53,966 bases of DNA from Nanobdellota archaeon (GCA_021163365.1 JAGGWW010000012.1:1-53966); one strand, 5' to 3'; positions 35,504-44,620 are shown, counted from the first letter of the stretch. Notes: a model not told the origin generated them from the letters alone. Made by a program: numbers and translations.

Positions 35504-36704
35504 ATCTCTTTGGAGGCTTACCTCTTCCTCGTATTGCTCCGCCTCTTTTTACTGCATAATAATTTTTCCCTTCTCTTTTTTTGTACTTCTTTTGAAGTTG
35601 GGTTAAAAGCCTGTTAAATGCATCCTGCAATGTAAACATTAAATTATAACCATACCATGGCTCTTTACTTGTTACTACTTCTCCTCTGCCAGCTGACTTA
35701 AGCAAATGAACTTTAATTTCGTAATTCCATTTCTCTGGTGTTGCACCATGTATTTTCTTTATATGTATGTTTATGCTTTCTAAATCTGGGCATATTTGCT
35801 TCATCTTTCTTATGTCTGATTTTAAGTAATCCTTTATTAATTCTATTGTTTCAATTTTTAATGGAAATCCTGAGAAGTGCAACCAAACACCCTCTTTAAA
35901 CTTTCTTTCAGCAAGCTTATCTAAAACTTTCCATCTTTCAAATAAACCAACAACCTTCTTCTCATCATCAACAACTGGAACACCCTTCATGTTTCTATCC
36001 AAAAGAGATTTAAGAACATTAGAAACACTGTCTTTTGGTTTAACTTCTGGCAAATCTCTTATAATCAAAGACTTAACTGGCATTGAAAATGGATTAATCG
36101 CCTTTCCTGCCCTGTCTTTTCTTCCAAGCTTTTCTTTTGGTTTTTTGTAAAATGTTCTTAAAATGTCTAAAGAAGTTATAGCACCTAAAAGTTTTCCTTC
36201 TTCATCAACAACTGGAAGCATGTTCCATCTATTGTGCCTCATCCATCTTCTTGCTTCTGATACACTTTCATCTTCTGTAAGAACCTTTATCTCCTCTTCC
36301 ATAACATCTCTTACTTTGAGCCCTTTTATTCTTCTATCATTTAACAGGCTTTTTAATATATCATAATCAGAAATTAAACCAACAAGTTTTTCCCCATCTA
36401 AAACAGGTATTGCTTCAACACCTGTTTTTACCATAAGCGTTATTACATCTCCAATAGGTGTATCTGGAGAAACAATGGGTGGCTTAATCATTAAAGTTGA
36501 CACTTTTTCTTCTGGGTCAGCCCTTACAAAGTCAAGAATATCGTAGTACGTAACCATGCCAACAAAAATTCCATTTTCAACAATTGGCACTTCTTTTATT
36601 CCATATCTTTCCATCTTTGAAACTACTTTTTTTATTTGTTCATCTGGAGAAGCAGTCTTTACATTTTTAGTCATGATATCTTTAGCTGTTTTCAAATTCA
36701 TCAC
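35502..36704 (-). CDS. four-CBS-domain protein with C-terminal HPF/RaiA (S30AE)-like domain
   Basis: Four consecutive CBS repeats (each ending ..G(I/L)(V/I/F)(T/S)..D(I/V)L). The last roughly 120 aa (LHFSGFPLKIETIELIKDYLKSDIRKMKQ...INIHIKKIHG...YEIKVHL...FTLQDAFNRLLTQLQKKYKK) follow the beta-alpha-beta-beta-beta-alpha sequence pattern of hibernation promoting factor. Confidence 0.7.
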   Translation of the reverse strand: MMNLKTAKDIMTKNVKTASPDEQIKKVVSKMERYGIKEVPIVENGIFVGMVTYYDILDFVRADPEEKVSTLMIKPPIVSPDTPIGDVITLMVKTGVEAIPVLDGEKLVGLISDYDILKSLLNDRRIKGLKVRDVMEEEIKVLTEDESVSEARRWMRHNRWNMLPVVDEEGKLLGAITSLDILRTFYKKPKEKLGRKDRAGKAINPFSMPVKSLIIRDLPEVKPKDSVSNVLKSLLDRNMKGVPVVDDEKKVVGLFERWKVLDKLAERKFKEGVWLHFSGFPLKIETIELIKDYLKSDIRKMKQICPDLESINIHIKKIHGATPEKWNYEIKVHLLKSAGRGEVVTSKEPWYGYNLMFTLQDAFNRLLTQLQKKYKKREGKNYYAVKRGGAIRGRGKPPKR

Positions 36705-36728
36705 CTTACATTATTTTGCATTGTATTA

Positions 36729-38261
36729 TTATAAAGCTTTTGACATATAATAACCTGTTTTTCTATATCCAAACTTCCTGTAATATTCGCGAACACCAAT
36801 TCCAGATATAATGTAAAGTCTTTTGTAGCCATTTTCTTTTGCAATTTTCTCAGCTTCCTTCAAAAGCTTTCTGCCATATCCCCTGTGCTGCCATTTGCCT
36901 TTTTCCCCAATTAACACTTGCTCGCCATATACATGTAGCTCTCTAACTATTGCCATCTTTGAAAGTCGCAATCTTAAAAATCCAATTAAAACATCGTTTT
37001 TATCTTTAAATTGCAAAAAGAACTCTTTACCTCCACTTGCATCATATACTATTGTATGAAGCTTTATTGAACTAACATCTACTTTTCCACCATTTTTTAA
37101 AACATGCCCAACTTCTCTACACCTTATGCACTTACATTTAATTTTCTTCCTCTTAAGCTCTTGTTGTAAAATTTGTCTTAAATTAGTTGCTTTAATTCCA
37201 GCTTGAATTTCTGTACCAGGAATATCTCTTTCTATTCTCATAATCCTTACCCACTCTGGTATATTCTTCTTTAGCTCTATGATAACATCTTTAGCATAAT
37301 CTTCATCAATGGGTTTGTATTTACCTTTTTTCCAATCATTGTAAAGCTTTGAACCTTTTATCACAAGTGTTGGGTATATCTTAAGCATATCAGGTCTAAA
37401 ATCTGGATTTTCAAATATTTCCTTTAAAGCTTTAATATCCCTTTCTTTTGTTGTTCCTGGAAGCCCAAGCATCATGTGATACAAAACCTTAAACCCCCTA
37501 TCTTTTAGTATCTTTGTTGATTCAATTACATCCTTTACAGTATGTCCACGATTAACCTTTTTGTAAACATCGTCATAAATTGTTTGAACCCCAAGCTCAA
37601 CTCTTGTTCCACCAAGCTTAAGCATAAAATCAGCATGCTTTTCCTTTCCATAATCTGGCCTTGTTTCAAAAGTCATTCCAACACAACGTATGTTCGCCTT
37701 TTCATTTGCTTTTTGAACCTTTTCCAAAGAATAACTCTTTTTTGGCTTATCCTTTGGAAACAAGTTCATTGCAAGTAAACAATCTTTTACAAAATTTTCT
37801 TGATATTTCTTTGGCATTGCTGGAAAAGTTCCACCCATTATAATAAGTTCAACTTTTTGTGGAATATGTCCTGTTAAAAATAGCTGATTTAATCTATTTT
37901 GAACTTGTTTGTATGGGTCAAATTTGTTTGCAATTGCTCTTCTAGCTGCAGGTTCTTTTCCAGTATAAGATTCTGGAACATTGTTAACATGCGGGCAATA
38001 AGAACACTTTCCATGAGGACATGGCCAAGGTTTTGCCATAACAGCTATTACAGCAACTCCAGAAATTGTTCTTGTTGGCTTTATTTGTAAAAGCTTTCTA
38101 ACTTTTTCTTTGTCATTTGCAACAGCTAAGATTTCTGCATTTTGTGGGAATTTATCAAGCTTATATTTAATTGCAAGTTCCTTTTTACGCCTAGCTAAAT
38201 CTCTTTTTGTTTTTATCTTTCCTGATTCTATTTCTTTTACTATTTGTTGTAAAACATCCAT
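36729..38261 (-). CDS. elp3: Elp3-type radical SAM/GNAT tRNA U34 modification enzyme
   Basis: Radical SAM cluster region CPHGKCSYCP, a TIM-like core and a C-terminal GNAT (QHRGYGRKLLKEAE). 510 aa. Confidence 0.9.
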   Translation of the reverse strand: MDVLQQIVKEIESGKIKTKRDLARRKKELAIKYKLDKFPQNAEILAVANDKEKVRKLLQIKPTRTISGVAVIAVMAKPWPCPHGKCSYCPHVNNVPESYTGKEPAARRAIANKFDPYKQVQNRLNQLFLTGHIPQKVELIIMGGTFPAMPKKYQENFVKDCLLAMNLFPKDKPKKSYSLEKVQKANEKANIRCVGMTFETRPDYGKEKHADFMLKLGGTRVELGVQTIYDDVYKKVNRGHTVKDVIESTKILKDRGFKVLYHMMLGLPGTTKERDIKALKEIFENPDFRPDMLKIYPTLVIKGSKLYNDWKKGKYKPIDEDYAKDVIIELKKNIPEWVRIMRIERDIPGTEIQAGIKATNLRQILQQELKRKKIKCKCIRCREVGHVLKNGGKVDVSSIKLHTIVYDASGGKEFFLQFKDKNDVLIGFLRLRLSKMAIVRELHVYGEQVLIGEKGKWQHRGYGRKLLKEAEKIAKENGYKRLYIISGIGVREYYRKFGYRKTGYYMSKAL

Positions 38262-38298
38262 ACAAAACTATTTAACCGAGCTATTGTTTTTTAAACTT

Positions 38299-38850
38299 AT
38301 GCGTAAAGATAAATGGATAAAACTACCAAATGAAAATTTAAAGTATGCTGAAGAAGAAATTGAAGTAAAGCTTCCCCAAGAAGAAGTTGGTATTGAAACC
38401 CCACCTATCTGGAAGAGAGCAGTTGCATATCTCATTGACTTAATCTTCTTTTACTTCTCATTTTATCAGATTTTTATGATAATCTATCTACCTCGTGTTG
38501 GCTTGCTATTTTCAAGCGCTGAACAAATGAAATCATTTTTATCAACAAATCCAGAAGCCATGATTAAGGTAATTGTTGGATTAGTTGGAATTTTGTTTAT
38601 ATTATTGTTTTATTTTGTTTTGCTTGAAAAAAACTTTAAAACAACAGTTGGAAAAAGAATAATGGGCATTTCGTTATCTGGCGAAATAACATACAAAAAT
38701 GTTATTATAAGAAACCTAACAAAAAGCGTATTGTTGCCTTTTATTTTAATTGACGTATTGGGTTACCTGTACATTGGTAAAAGATTCAGCGAACTAAAAA
38801 CTAAAGATATATATTCAACGCATTTATTGATTGAATATGGTGAGATTTAA
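38299..38850 (+). CDS. RDD-family membrane protein
   Basis: IWKRAVAYLIDLIFFYF RDD-type motif and three TM helices. The start is taken at ATG 38299 because the TTG-initiated track ORF from 38110 overlaps elp3 antisense. Confidence 0.6.
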   Translation: MRKDKWIKLPNENLKYAEEEIEVKLPQEEVGIETPPIWKRAVAYLIDLIFFYFSFYQIFMIIYLPRVGLLFSSAEQMKSFLSTNPEAMIKVIVGLVGILFILLFYFVLLEKNFKTTVGKRIMGISLSGEITYKNVIIRNLTKSVLLPFILIDVLGYLYIGKRFSELKTKDIYSTHLLIEYGEI

Positions 38851-39704
38851 TGGAAATTGCTAAAACAATAAAAGTTTTTGTAACACTGCTCTTATTTACA
38901 ATATTAACAGCGTTTTTACTTGGTAAAATGTTTGAAACTGAGTATGGGAATGTTGCATTGATAAAAATTTATGGGGAAATCTCTTTTGAAGAATCACCTT
39001 TTGAAAAAACAGCAAATGCTGATAAAATAATAGATAATTTAAAAGAAGCTAAAGAAAACCCTGTTATAAAAGCATTACTTATAGAAATAAACTCTCCTGG
39101 AGGAACAGTTGTTGCGACAAGAAATATTGCTAATTATCTTAAAAGCATAAATAAAACAAAGGTTTGCTTACTTAAGGATGTAGCAACATCTGGCGCATAT
39201 TGGATTGCATCTGCATGCGATGTTATAGTTTCTGATGAATACACTATTACTGGAAGTATTGGAGTAACTGCAAGCTATCTTGAATTCTCTAAGTTTTTTG
39301 AAAAATATGGGATAAACTACGTAAGAATTGTTAGTGGCGAAGAAAAGGACATAGGAACACCATTTAGAGAGCCGACAGAAAAAGAAATTAAAAATCTACA
39401 AGACATAATAAACGAAATGCATAAAGATTTTATAAAAGATGTGGCAGAAAATAGAAATCTATCAATACAAAAAGTTTCTGAAATTGCTGATGGTTCAATA
39501 TTTACAGGAAAAAAAGCATTAGAACTTGGATTAATTGATGTCCTTGGAGATAAAGAAAAAGCAATCCAAATAATTAAACAAAGAACAAATTTAACACAAG
39601 TGAAATTAGTAGAACATGAAGAAAAAATAAGTTTTGTTGATTTGTTATCACAATTTTTATCAAAAAATGTGTTCAGCATGAGCAAACTAAAGATTAGTGT
39701 ATGA
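38850..39704 (+). CDS. sppA: signal peptide peptidase SppA (S49, 36K type)
   Basis: N-terminal TM, then INSPGGTVVATRNI and ATSGAYWIASACD serine protease blocks. Confidence 0.8.
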   Translation: MEIAKTIKVFVTLLLFTILTAFLLGKMFETEYGNVALIKIYGEISFEESPFEKTANADKIIDNLKEAKENPVIKALLIEINSPGGTVVATRNIANYLKSINKTKVCLLKDVATSGAYWIASACDVIVSDEYTITGSIGVTASYLEFSKFFEKYGINYVRIVSGEEKDIGTPFREPTEKEIKNLQDIINEMHKDFIKDVAENRNLSIQKVSEIADGSIFTGKKALELGLIDVLGDKEKAIQIIKQRTNLTQVKLVEHEEKISFVDLLSQFLSKNVFSMSKLKISV

Positions 39705-39913
39705 AGGTAAAGCACCATCCCTTATCTTAATACCAAGAGGAAACAACAATCACTAACTCTTTTGTAAAATTCTGACATCTTATTAAATAAAAAGAAGCCG
39801 CAAAGAGCAATAAAATCTTGCTGAGAAACGCTGTCATCCAACAAAGAAGCAACTGTGAAAGAGTATTGAGAAAACTTTTCTGGTTCTGATTTAAATCTCA
39901 TTGCTTCACCATT

Positions 39914-39950
39914 TCAAAAAAAAATAAAAAAGCAGCGCCTAAACGGCGCC
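39914..39950 (-). terminator. hairpin plus oligo-U terminator downstream of the TrmB-family gene
   Basis: Minus strand GGCGCC-GUUUA-GGCGCU followed by UUUUUUAUUUUUUUUU. Confidence 0.45.
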
Positions 39951-39991
39951 AAAACAAGAGCCGGGGGATGAGACGGCTGCACATGAGAGCA

Positions 39992-40795
39992 TTATTTCTT
40001 TGGTGCGCTCTCCCAGATGCGGTCGAACATTGTTGTTAATGCTGTTGCAATTGGTTGAGAGTTTAACCAAATTCCAACATCGTAGTTTGGATGCAAGTCT
40101 TTGTCATCTAACACCATTAAAACAGCATGCTTTCCATCAACAACTGCAAACCTTGCGTTTAAGTTCTTAACATGCCTCACATCTGCAATTGACTTAAGCT
40201 TTTTAAGAGCTTCAGAATTCTTTTCTGTGAATGGAGCTGCAATCTTTATTGTAACACCTTTTTTCTTTGCATGCTCCAATGCATTCTTAAATGCCTCATA
40301 TTTTCTTATCAACCCATCTCCAGAAGTAACCAAAACAACACTTTGCTTTGCATTCTTTATCAATGATTCTAAATGTGAATAAATATTGTTCCTTCCTTTT
40401 AAAGCACCTGAAAGCTCGCTTGGCTCAATAAAGTTAATTCCTTTTTTGTAAAGATTATCCAATGTTTTAATTAAATCTGTTGATTTAACTTTGTCTAAGT
40501 CCTTAACTTTCCTTTCAGCATGCTCCTTTACATTTTTCTTTGCGCGCTCAACCACATCTTTTGGGGAGACAGCAATATATTGAATTGGTTTTCCTAATTT
40601 CATTACAACAAATCCTTTTCTTTCTAATGATTCTAAAACATCATATGTTCTTGACCTTGGGACTCCAGCCATGTTGCTAAGTTCTCCTGCAGTAGAAATA
40701 CCTCTTGAAAGCAAAGCCACCCATATTTTTACTTCATAGAGATTTAAGTCAAAAATTCTTCTAAGCTTTGCAAGCATTTCATCCTTTAAAACCAT
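39992..40795 (-). CDS. TrmB-family transcriptional regulator
   Basis: N-terminal wHTH (LYEVKIWVALLSRGISTAGELSNMAGVPRSRTYDVLESLERKGFV) plus a C-terminal effector-like domain. 267 aa. Confidence 0.75.
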   Translation of the reverse strand: MVLKDEMLAKLRRIFDLNLYEVKIWVALLSRGISTAGELSNMAGVPRSRTYDVLESLERKGFVVMKLGKPIQYIAVSPKDVVERAKKNVKEHAERKVKDLDKVKSTDLIKTLDNLYKKGINFIEPSELSGALKGRNNIYSHLESLIKNAKQSVVLVTSGDGLIRKYEAFKNALEHAKKKGVTIKIAAPFTEKNSEALKKLKSIADVRHVKNLNARFAVVDGKHAVLMVLDDKDLHPNYDVGIWLNSQPIATALTTMFDRIWESAPKK

Positions 40796-41006
40796 TTCAC
40801 ATCATCCCCCTTTTTTAGTTCTTAATCATAGTCTTTTTTTATTAATATATCTTTCTCCCCTCACCAGTCGCAACTTAAAGCGAACTAATTTATCACCATT
40901 GGTTAGTGATTATAAATCATTGCTCATTTATAAGTTTTTTGATTTAGTGGAAAAATTGGAAACATCCCCACTTTATTAATATAAGAAATCAAACTTTTAA
41001 AAACCT

Positions 41007-41675
41007 ATGCTTAATCTTCCAAAAGATGAGCTTCCAAGAGAAAAACTTATTGAAAAAGGAGCAGACAGTTTATCTAACTCTGAATTAATCTCATTAATAC
41101 TTGGATTTGGATGCAAGAAAAACAATGTGCTTAAATTATCAAGAAAGCTCATAAGAAAATACAATTTAAAAGAATTGTGCAATATGGATGTCCATGAATT
41201 AATGAAAATACTTGGAATTGGAAAAGCAAAAGCGTGCAGGCTTATTGCATGCTTTGAACTTGCAAAAAGATTAACAATTAAAAAAATAAAAAATAAGACA
41301 ATTGAAAACCCAAATGATGTGGTTAATCTACTTTTTCCAAAACTTTTTGGAAACAAAAAGGAAAAACTCATTTGTTTATTGTTAAACTCAAGAATGGGAT
41401 TAATATCAAAATCAATTGTTTCAATTGGGACATTAGATTCTTCAGTAATCCATCCAAGAGAAATATTTAAAGAAGCAATAACTAAATCAGCAGCTGGCAT
41501 AATTTTAGTTCACAATCATCCATCTGGAGATTCAACACCAAGCGAAGAAGACATAGAAATAACAAAAAATCTAATAAAAGCAGGAAAAATTCTTGGCATA
41601 AAATTAGTTGACCATGTTATTATCTCGGACAATGGCTACTTTAGTTTCAAAGAAAACAATTTACTTTTTGATTAA
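41007..41675 (+). CDS. radC: RadC-like JAB-domain protein (UPF0758)
   Basis: N-terminal HhH region (SNSELISLILGFG), the JAMM motif HNHPSGDSTPSEEDIEITK, and 222 aa. Confidence 0.8.
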   Translation: MLNLPKDELPREKLIEKGADSLSNSELISLILGFGCKKNNVLKLSRKLIRKYNLKELCNMDVHELMKILGIGKAKACRLIACFELAKRLTIKKIKNKTIENPNDVVNLLFPKLFGNKKEKLICLLLNSRMGLISKSIVSIGTLDSSVIHPREIFKEAITKSAAGIILVHNHPSGDSTPSEEDIEITKNLIKAGKILGIKLVDHVIISDNGYFSFKENNLLFD

Positions 41676-41933
41676 TTTGTCCCTTATTTCTTTTCCTTCT
41701 TTTGTTAAAACATAAAGTCTTCCTGTTTTTTCTTTTGGGTTCAAACATTTTGCAATTCCTTTTTTAACAAAATCTCTTAAAACCCTACTTGTATGATTAA
41801 GAGAATATCTTGAACGTTTGGCAATTTCAGTTGGTGTTTGCACCTTATCCATAAATTTAATTATTTCCCTTCTTTGCTTGCCTCTTAAAACCCAGCTTAA
41901 TTTCTCAATATTCATAGCAATAGAATTAACCAC
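41661..41933 (-). CDS. small winged-helix transcriptional regulator
   Basis: 90 aa. TPTEIAKRSRYSLNHTSRVLRDFVKKGIAKCLNP...GRLYVLT fits an ArsR/MarR-like wHTH. Confidence 0.55.
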   Translation of the reverse strand: MVNSIAMNIEKLSWVLRGKQRREIIKFMDKVQTPTEIAKRSRYSLNHTSRVLRDFVKKGIAKCLNPKEKTGRLYVLTKEGKEIRDKLIKK

Positions 41934-42054
41934 ATATTAATAATAATCTTATGACAAATCTATAACCAATTTATAATAAAGTTTATAAAAAAGAAATTAC
42001 TTTATAAATCAGCTGGGTAAGGGAGGCAAATCCTAGGTAAGCCACCAAGCCCAG

Positions 42055-42567
42055 CTACTTTTTAAAAAGAATCTTTCTGCTTGCAGGAGCAATGTTAAGT
42101 GCTGCCATGTTCTCGTATTGTTCTCTTGTTAAAACAAGAGGTTGAATTGAATATGCAAATTCCTTTTTAATTGCTTGACATATTTCAATAATCTTTTGAT
42201 GTTTAACATTTCCAATAACTAACACACTTGCTTTGTCTTCAGCTTCGTCAAGTAAGCGTATCTCTTCTGTTCTTTCTTTTGAAACAATTGAAACAAATAT
42301 CTCAAGTGGTGTTTTCTTTGGAAATAACTTTTCAATAACAGCATATGCTTTTGAATTTTGATTAACTTCATAAAAAGATATAACACCATATTTTTGTTTT
42401 TTTAATAAGCCACTTTTTTCAAGCTTTTTAAAAATCCTATAAACAGTTGCAACAGGAATTTTTGTTTTTCTTGCAACCTCTCTTACACCTATAATCTTTT
42501 TTCCAGGAATTTCAGAAATAACAGAAATTGTTTTTTCATCAAATAATGATTTTAATATTTTTTCCAT
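42055..42567 (-). CDS. winged-helix transcriptional regulator with C-terminal domain
   Basis: GVREVARKTKIPVATVYRIFKKLEKSGLLKK HTH in a 170-aa protein. Divergent from the nitroreductase gene. Confidence 0.55.
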   Translation of the reverse strand: MEKILKSLFDEKTISVISEIPGKKIIGVREVARKTKIPVATVYRIFKKLEKSGLLKKQKYGVISFYEVNQNSKAYAVIEKLFPKKTPLEIFVSIVSKERTEEIRLLDEAEDKASVLVIGNVKHQKIIEICQAIKKEFAYSIQPLVLTREQYENMAALNIAPASRKILFKK

Positions 42568-42570
42568 TGT

Positions 42571-42634
42571 GTTTCTACATGAAATTTTAATATAAAAATG
42601 TTTCTATATAGAAACAGCGTTTCAAATTTGAAAC
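42571..42634. promoter_or_regulatory. array of three GTTTC-N-GAAAC palindromic operator-like sites in a divergent promoter
   Basis: Imperfect GTTTCTACATGAAAT (42571-42585), a perfect 18-bp TGTTTCTATATAGAAACA (42599-42616) and a perfect 16-bp GTTTCAAATTTGAAAC (42619-42634). An AT-rich TATA candidate for the nitroreductase gene follows at about 42641-42655. Confidence 0.55.
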
Positions 42635-42673
42635 AGACAATTATTTATATTTAAGTTCATCTTTTAAATTCAT

Positions 42674-43237
42674 ATGGATGTTTTTGAAGCAATCTTTTTT
42701 AGAAGAAGCATAAGAAAATTCATAGACAAACCTGTTGAAGAAGAAAAAATTGCAAGAATATTAGATGCTGCAAGATGGGCACCTTCAATTGGAAACCTAC
42801 AAGAATGTGAATTTATTATCGTTGATGACCTTGGTAAAAAAATACAGCTTTCAGAAGCAGCTTTAGGACAATATTGGATTTCTCAAGCATCTGTTGTAAT
42901 AGTTGTACTAACAAAAAATGACAGAGTTTCGCGTTTATACGGCAAAAAAGCGGATGATTTTGTAAAGTATGATGCAGCTGCTGCAATTCAAAATATGCTT
43001 TTAGCAGCTCATGCTTTAGGACTTGGGGCATGTTGGGTTTCTGTTTTTGAAGAAGAAGCAGTTGAAAGAATTTTAAATATTCCAAGTGAATTAGATGTTC
43101 ATGCATTAATACCAATTGGTTATCCTGCTGAAAAACCAAACCCACCACATAGAAGAGGAATTGAATTTATTACTTATTTCAATGAATATGGAAATAGATG
43201 GATTAAACTAAAAGAAAAACAAACATTTCCTGCTTAG
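42674..43237 (+). CDS. nitroreductase-family flavoprotein
   Basis: FRRSIRKF N-terminal motif, APSIGNLQ, and GLGACWV. 187 aa. Confidence 0.8.
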   Translation: MDVFEAIFFRRSIRKFIDKPVEEEKIARILDAARWAPSIGNLQECEFIIVDDLGKKIQLSEAALGQYWISQASVVIVVLTKNDRVSRLYGKKADDFVKYDAAAAIQNMLLAAHALGLGACWVSVFEEEAVERILNIPSELDVHALIPIGYPAEKPNPPHRRGIEFITYFNEYGNRWIKLKEKQTFPA

Positions 43238-43535
43238 TTTTCCAAAAGAAATGATTAATTGTATTTTTCAAATCAATAATTAAAAAATATAGCTAATTTT
43301 AAATAAAACTATTTAAATATGAACGTATAAGTATTAGATTAATTTTACAGCCCGAATTTAAACAAGTTCTTACCAGCTTGAGCTTTAAATCAGCGAAAGT
43401 TAACTTCACGACTTCTGTTAACTTTCTATTACCCATAAAGAAGGTTCGCATATAAAAACTTTTCGGTCAGCGCATAAGTAAATCGCTGGCCAAAAAGAGC
43501 GGGTAACAAAAAAAGAAAAAAGAGGGAGAGGTAAA

Positions 43536-44615
43536 ATGAGTTTTATCATACAAGATGCCTTAAAGGCTGTAAAAGAACAAGAAGAAAGATGGGCTGAAAG
43601 CTTTGTTGGAAAAGCCAACATAAAGGTAATTGGTGTTGGCGGTGCTGGAAATAATATGGGGGACTGGCTCTATCATAAAGGTGTTAAAGGAGCTGAAATA
43701 ATTCTTGCAAATACAGATAAAGCACATTTAGATGCAAGAGAAGCAGATAAAAAAATCTTAATTGGAAAAGAATCAACAAGAGGACTTGGAGCAGGAGGGT
43801 ACTTAGAAGTTGGTGAGCAAGCAGCAAAAGAATCCCTTCCAGAATTAAAAGAAGCATTAAAAGGAGCAGACATGGTTTTTGTTTGCGCAGGTATGGGTGG
43901 TGGAACAGGAACTGGTGCAAGCCCAATTGTTGCACAAATTGCAAAAGAACAAGGAGCAATAGTTATTGGAACAGTTACAATGCCATTTAAGATTGAAAAA
44001 GCAAGAATAGAAAAAGCAGAAGAAGGATTACAAAGATTAAGAAAGAATTGTGACACTGTTATTGTAATTGATAACAACAGATTAATCGAAATAGCAGGAC
44101 AATTGCCAATTAGCCAGGCATTTGGTGTTGCAAATGAATTAGTTGCAACAATGATTAAAGGAATTGTTGAAATGATTACAGTTCCATCTCTTGTAAACAG
44201 AGACTTTGCAGACATAAAAGCAGTAATGACTGGTGGAGGTGTAGCAGTAATAGGTGTTGGTGAATCAGACACAGAAAATAGAGTTGAAGAAGCTGTTAAA
44301 AGAGCATTGCTTAATCCATTACTTGATGTAAGTTATGAAGGTGCACAAGGTGCATTAATTCACATAACTGGTGGTCCAGATATGACATTAGATGAAGTAA
44401 ATAGAGTTGGTGAAATGGTAACAGCAAGCTTAGACCCAGATGCAATGGTTACATGGGGAGCAAGAGTACAAGACAATATGACAGGAAAACTAAGAGTAAT
44501 GACAATTATTACTGGTGTTAAATCACCATACATACTTGGTCCATCAACAAGCAGAAAAACAGCAGAAAAAGCAGCAAAGGTATCGAACGAACTTGGAATA
44601 GAAATATTGAGGTAA
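43536..44615 (+). CDS. ftsZ: cell division GTPase FtsZ
   Basis: GVGGAGNN, the tubulin signature GMGGGTGTGASPIVA, and NDRL-like DNNRL. A strong SD (GAGGGAGAGGT) precedes the ATG. Confidence 0.95.
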   Translation: MSFIIQDALKAVKEQEERWAESFVGKANIKVIGVGGAGNNMGDWLYHKGVKGAEIILANTDKAHLDAREADKKILIGKESTRGLGAGGYLEVGEQAAKESLPELKEALKGADMVFVCAGMGGGTGTGASPIVAQIAKEQGAIVIGTVTMPFKIEKARIEKAEEGLQRLRKNCDTVIVIDNNRLIEIAGQLPISQAFGVANELVATMIKGIVEMITVPSLVNRDFADIKAVMTGGGVAVIGVGESDTENRVEEAVKRALLNPLLDVSYEGAQGALIHITGGPDMTLDEVNRVGEMVTASLDPDAMVTWGARVQDNMTGKLRVMTIITGVKSPYILGPSTSRKTAEKAAKVSNELGIEILR

Positions 44616-44620
44616 TCTTT

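Noticed and set aside
38110-38298. TTG-initiated N-terminal extension of the RDD-family ORF
   Set aside because: It overlaps elp3 on the opposite strand. The RDD homology begins after the ATG at 38299.
39722-39901. 59-codon minus-strand ORF (MRFKSEPEKFSQYSF...) in the 287-bp sppA-trmB spacer
   Set aside because: It has no SD or TATA box and no recognisable motif, and it is below the size at which chance ORFs are rare in AT-rich DNA. Kept only as a note.
40997-41500. 167-aa minus-strand ORF
   Set aside because: It is antisense to radC, which has unmistakable JAMM and HhH motifs.
43673-44272. 199-aa and 91-aa minus-strand ORFs
   Set aside because: They are antisense to ftsZ, and their low-complexity S/P/T/A-rich translations are typical of shadow ORFs.
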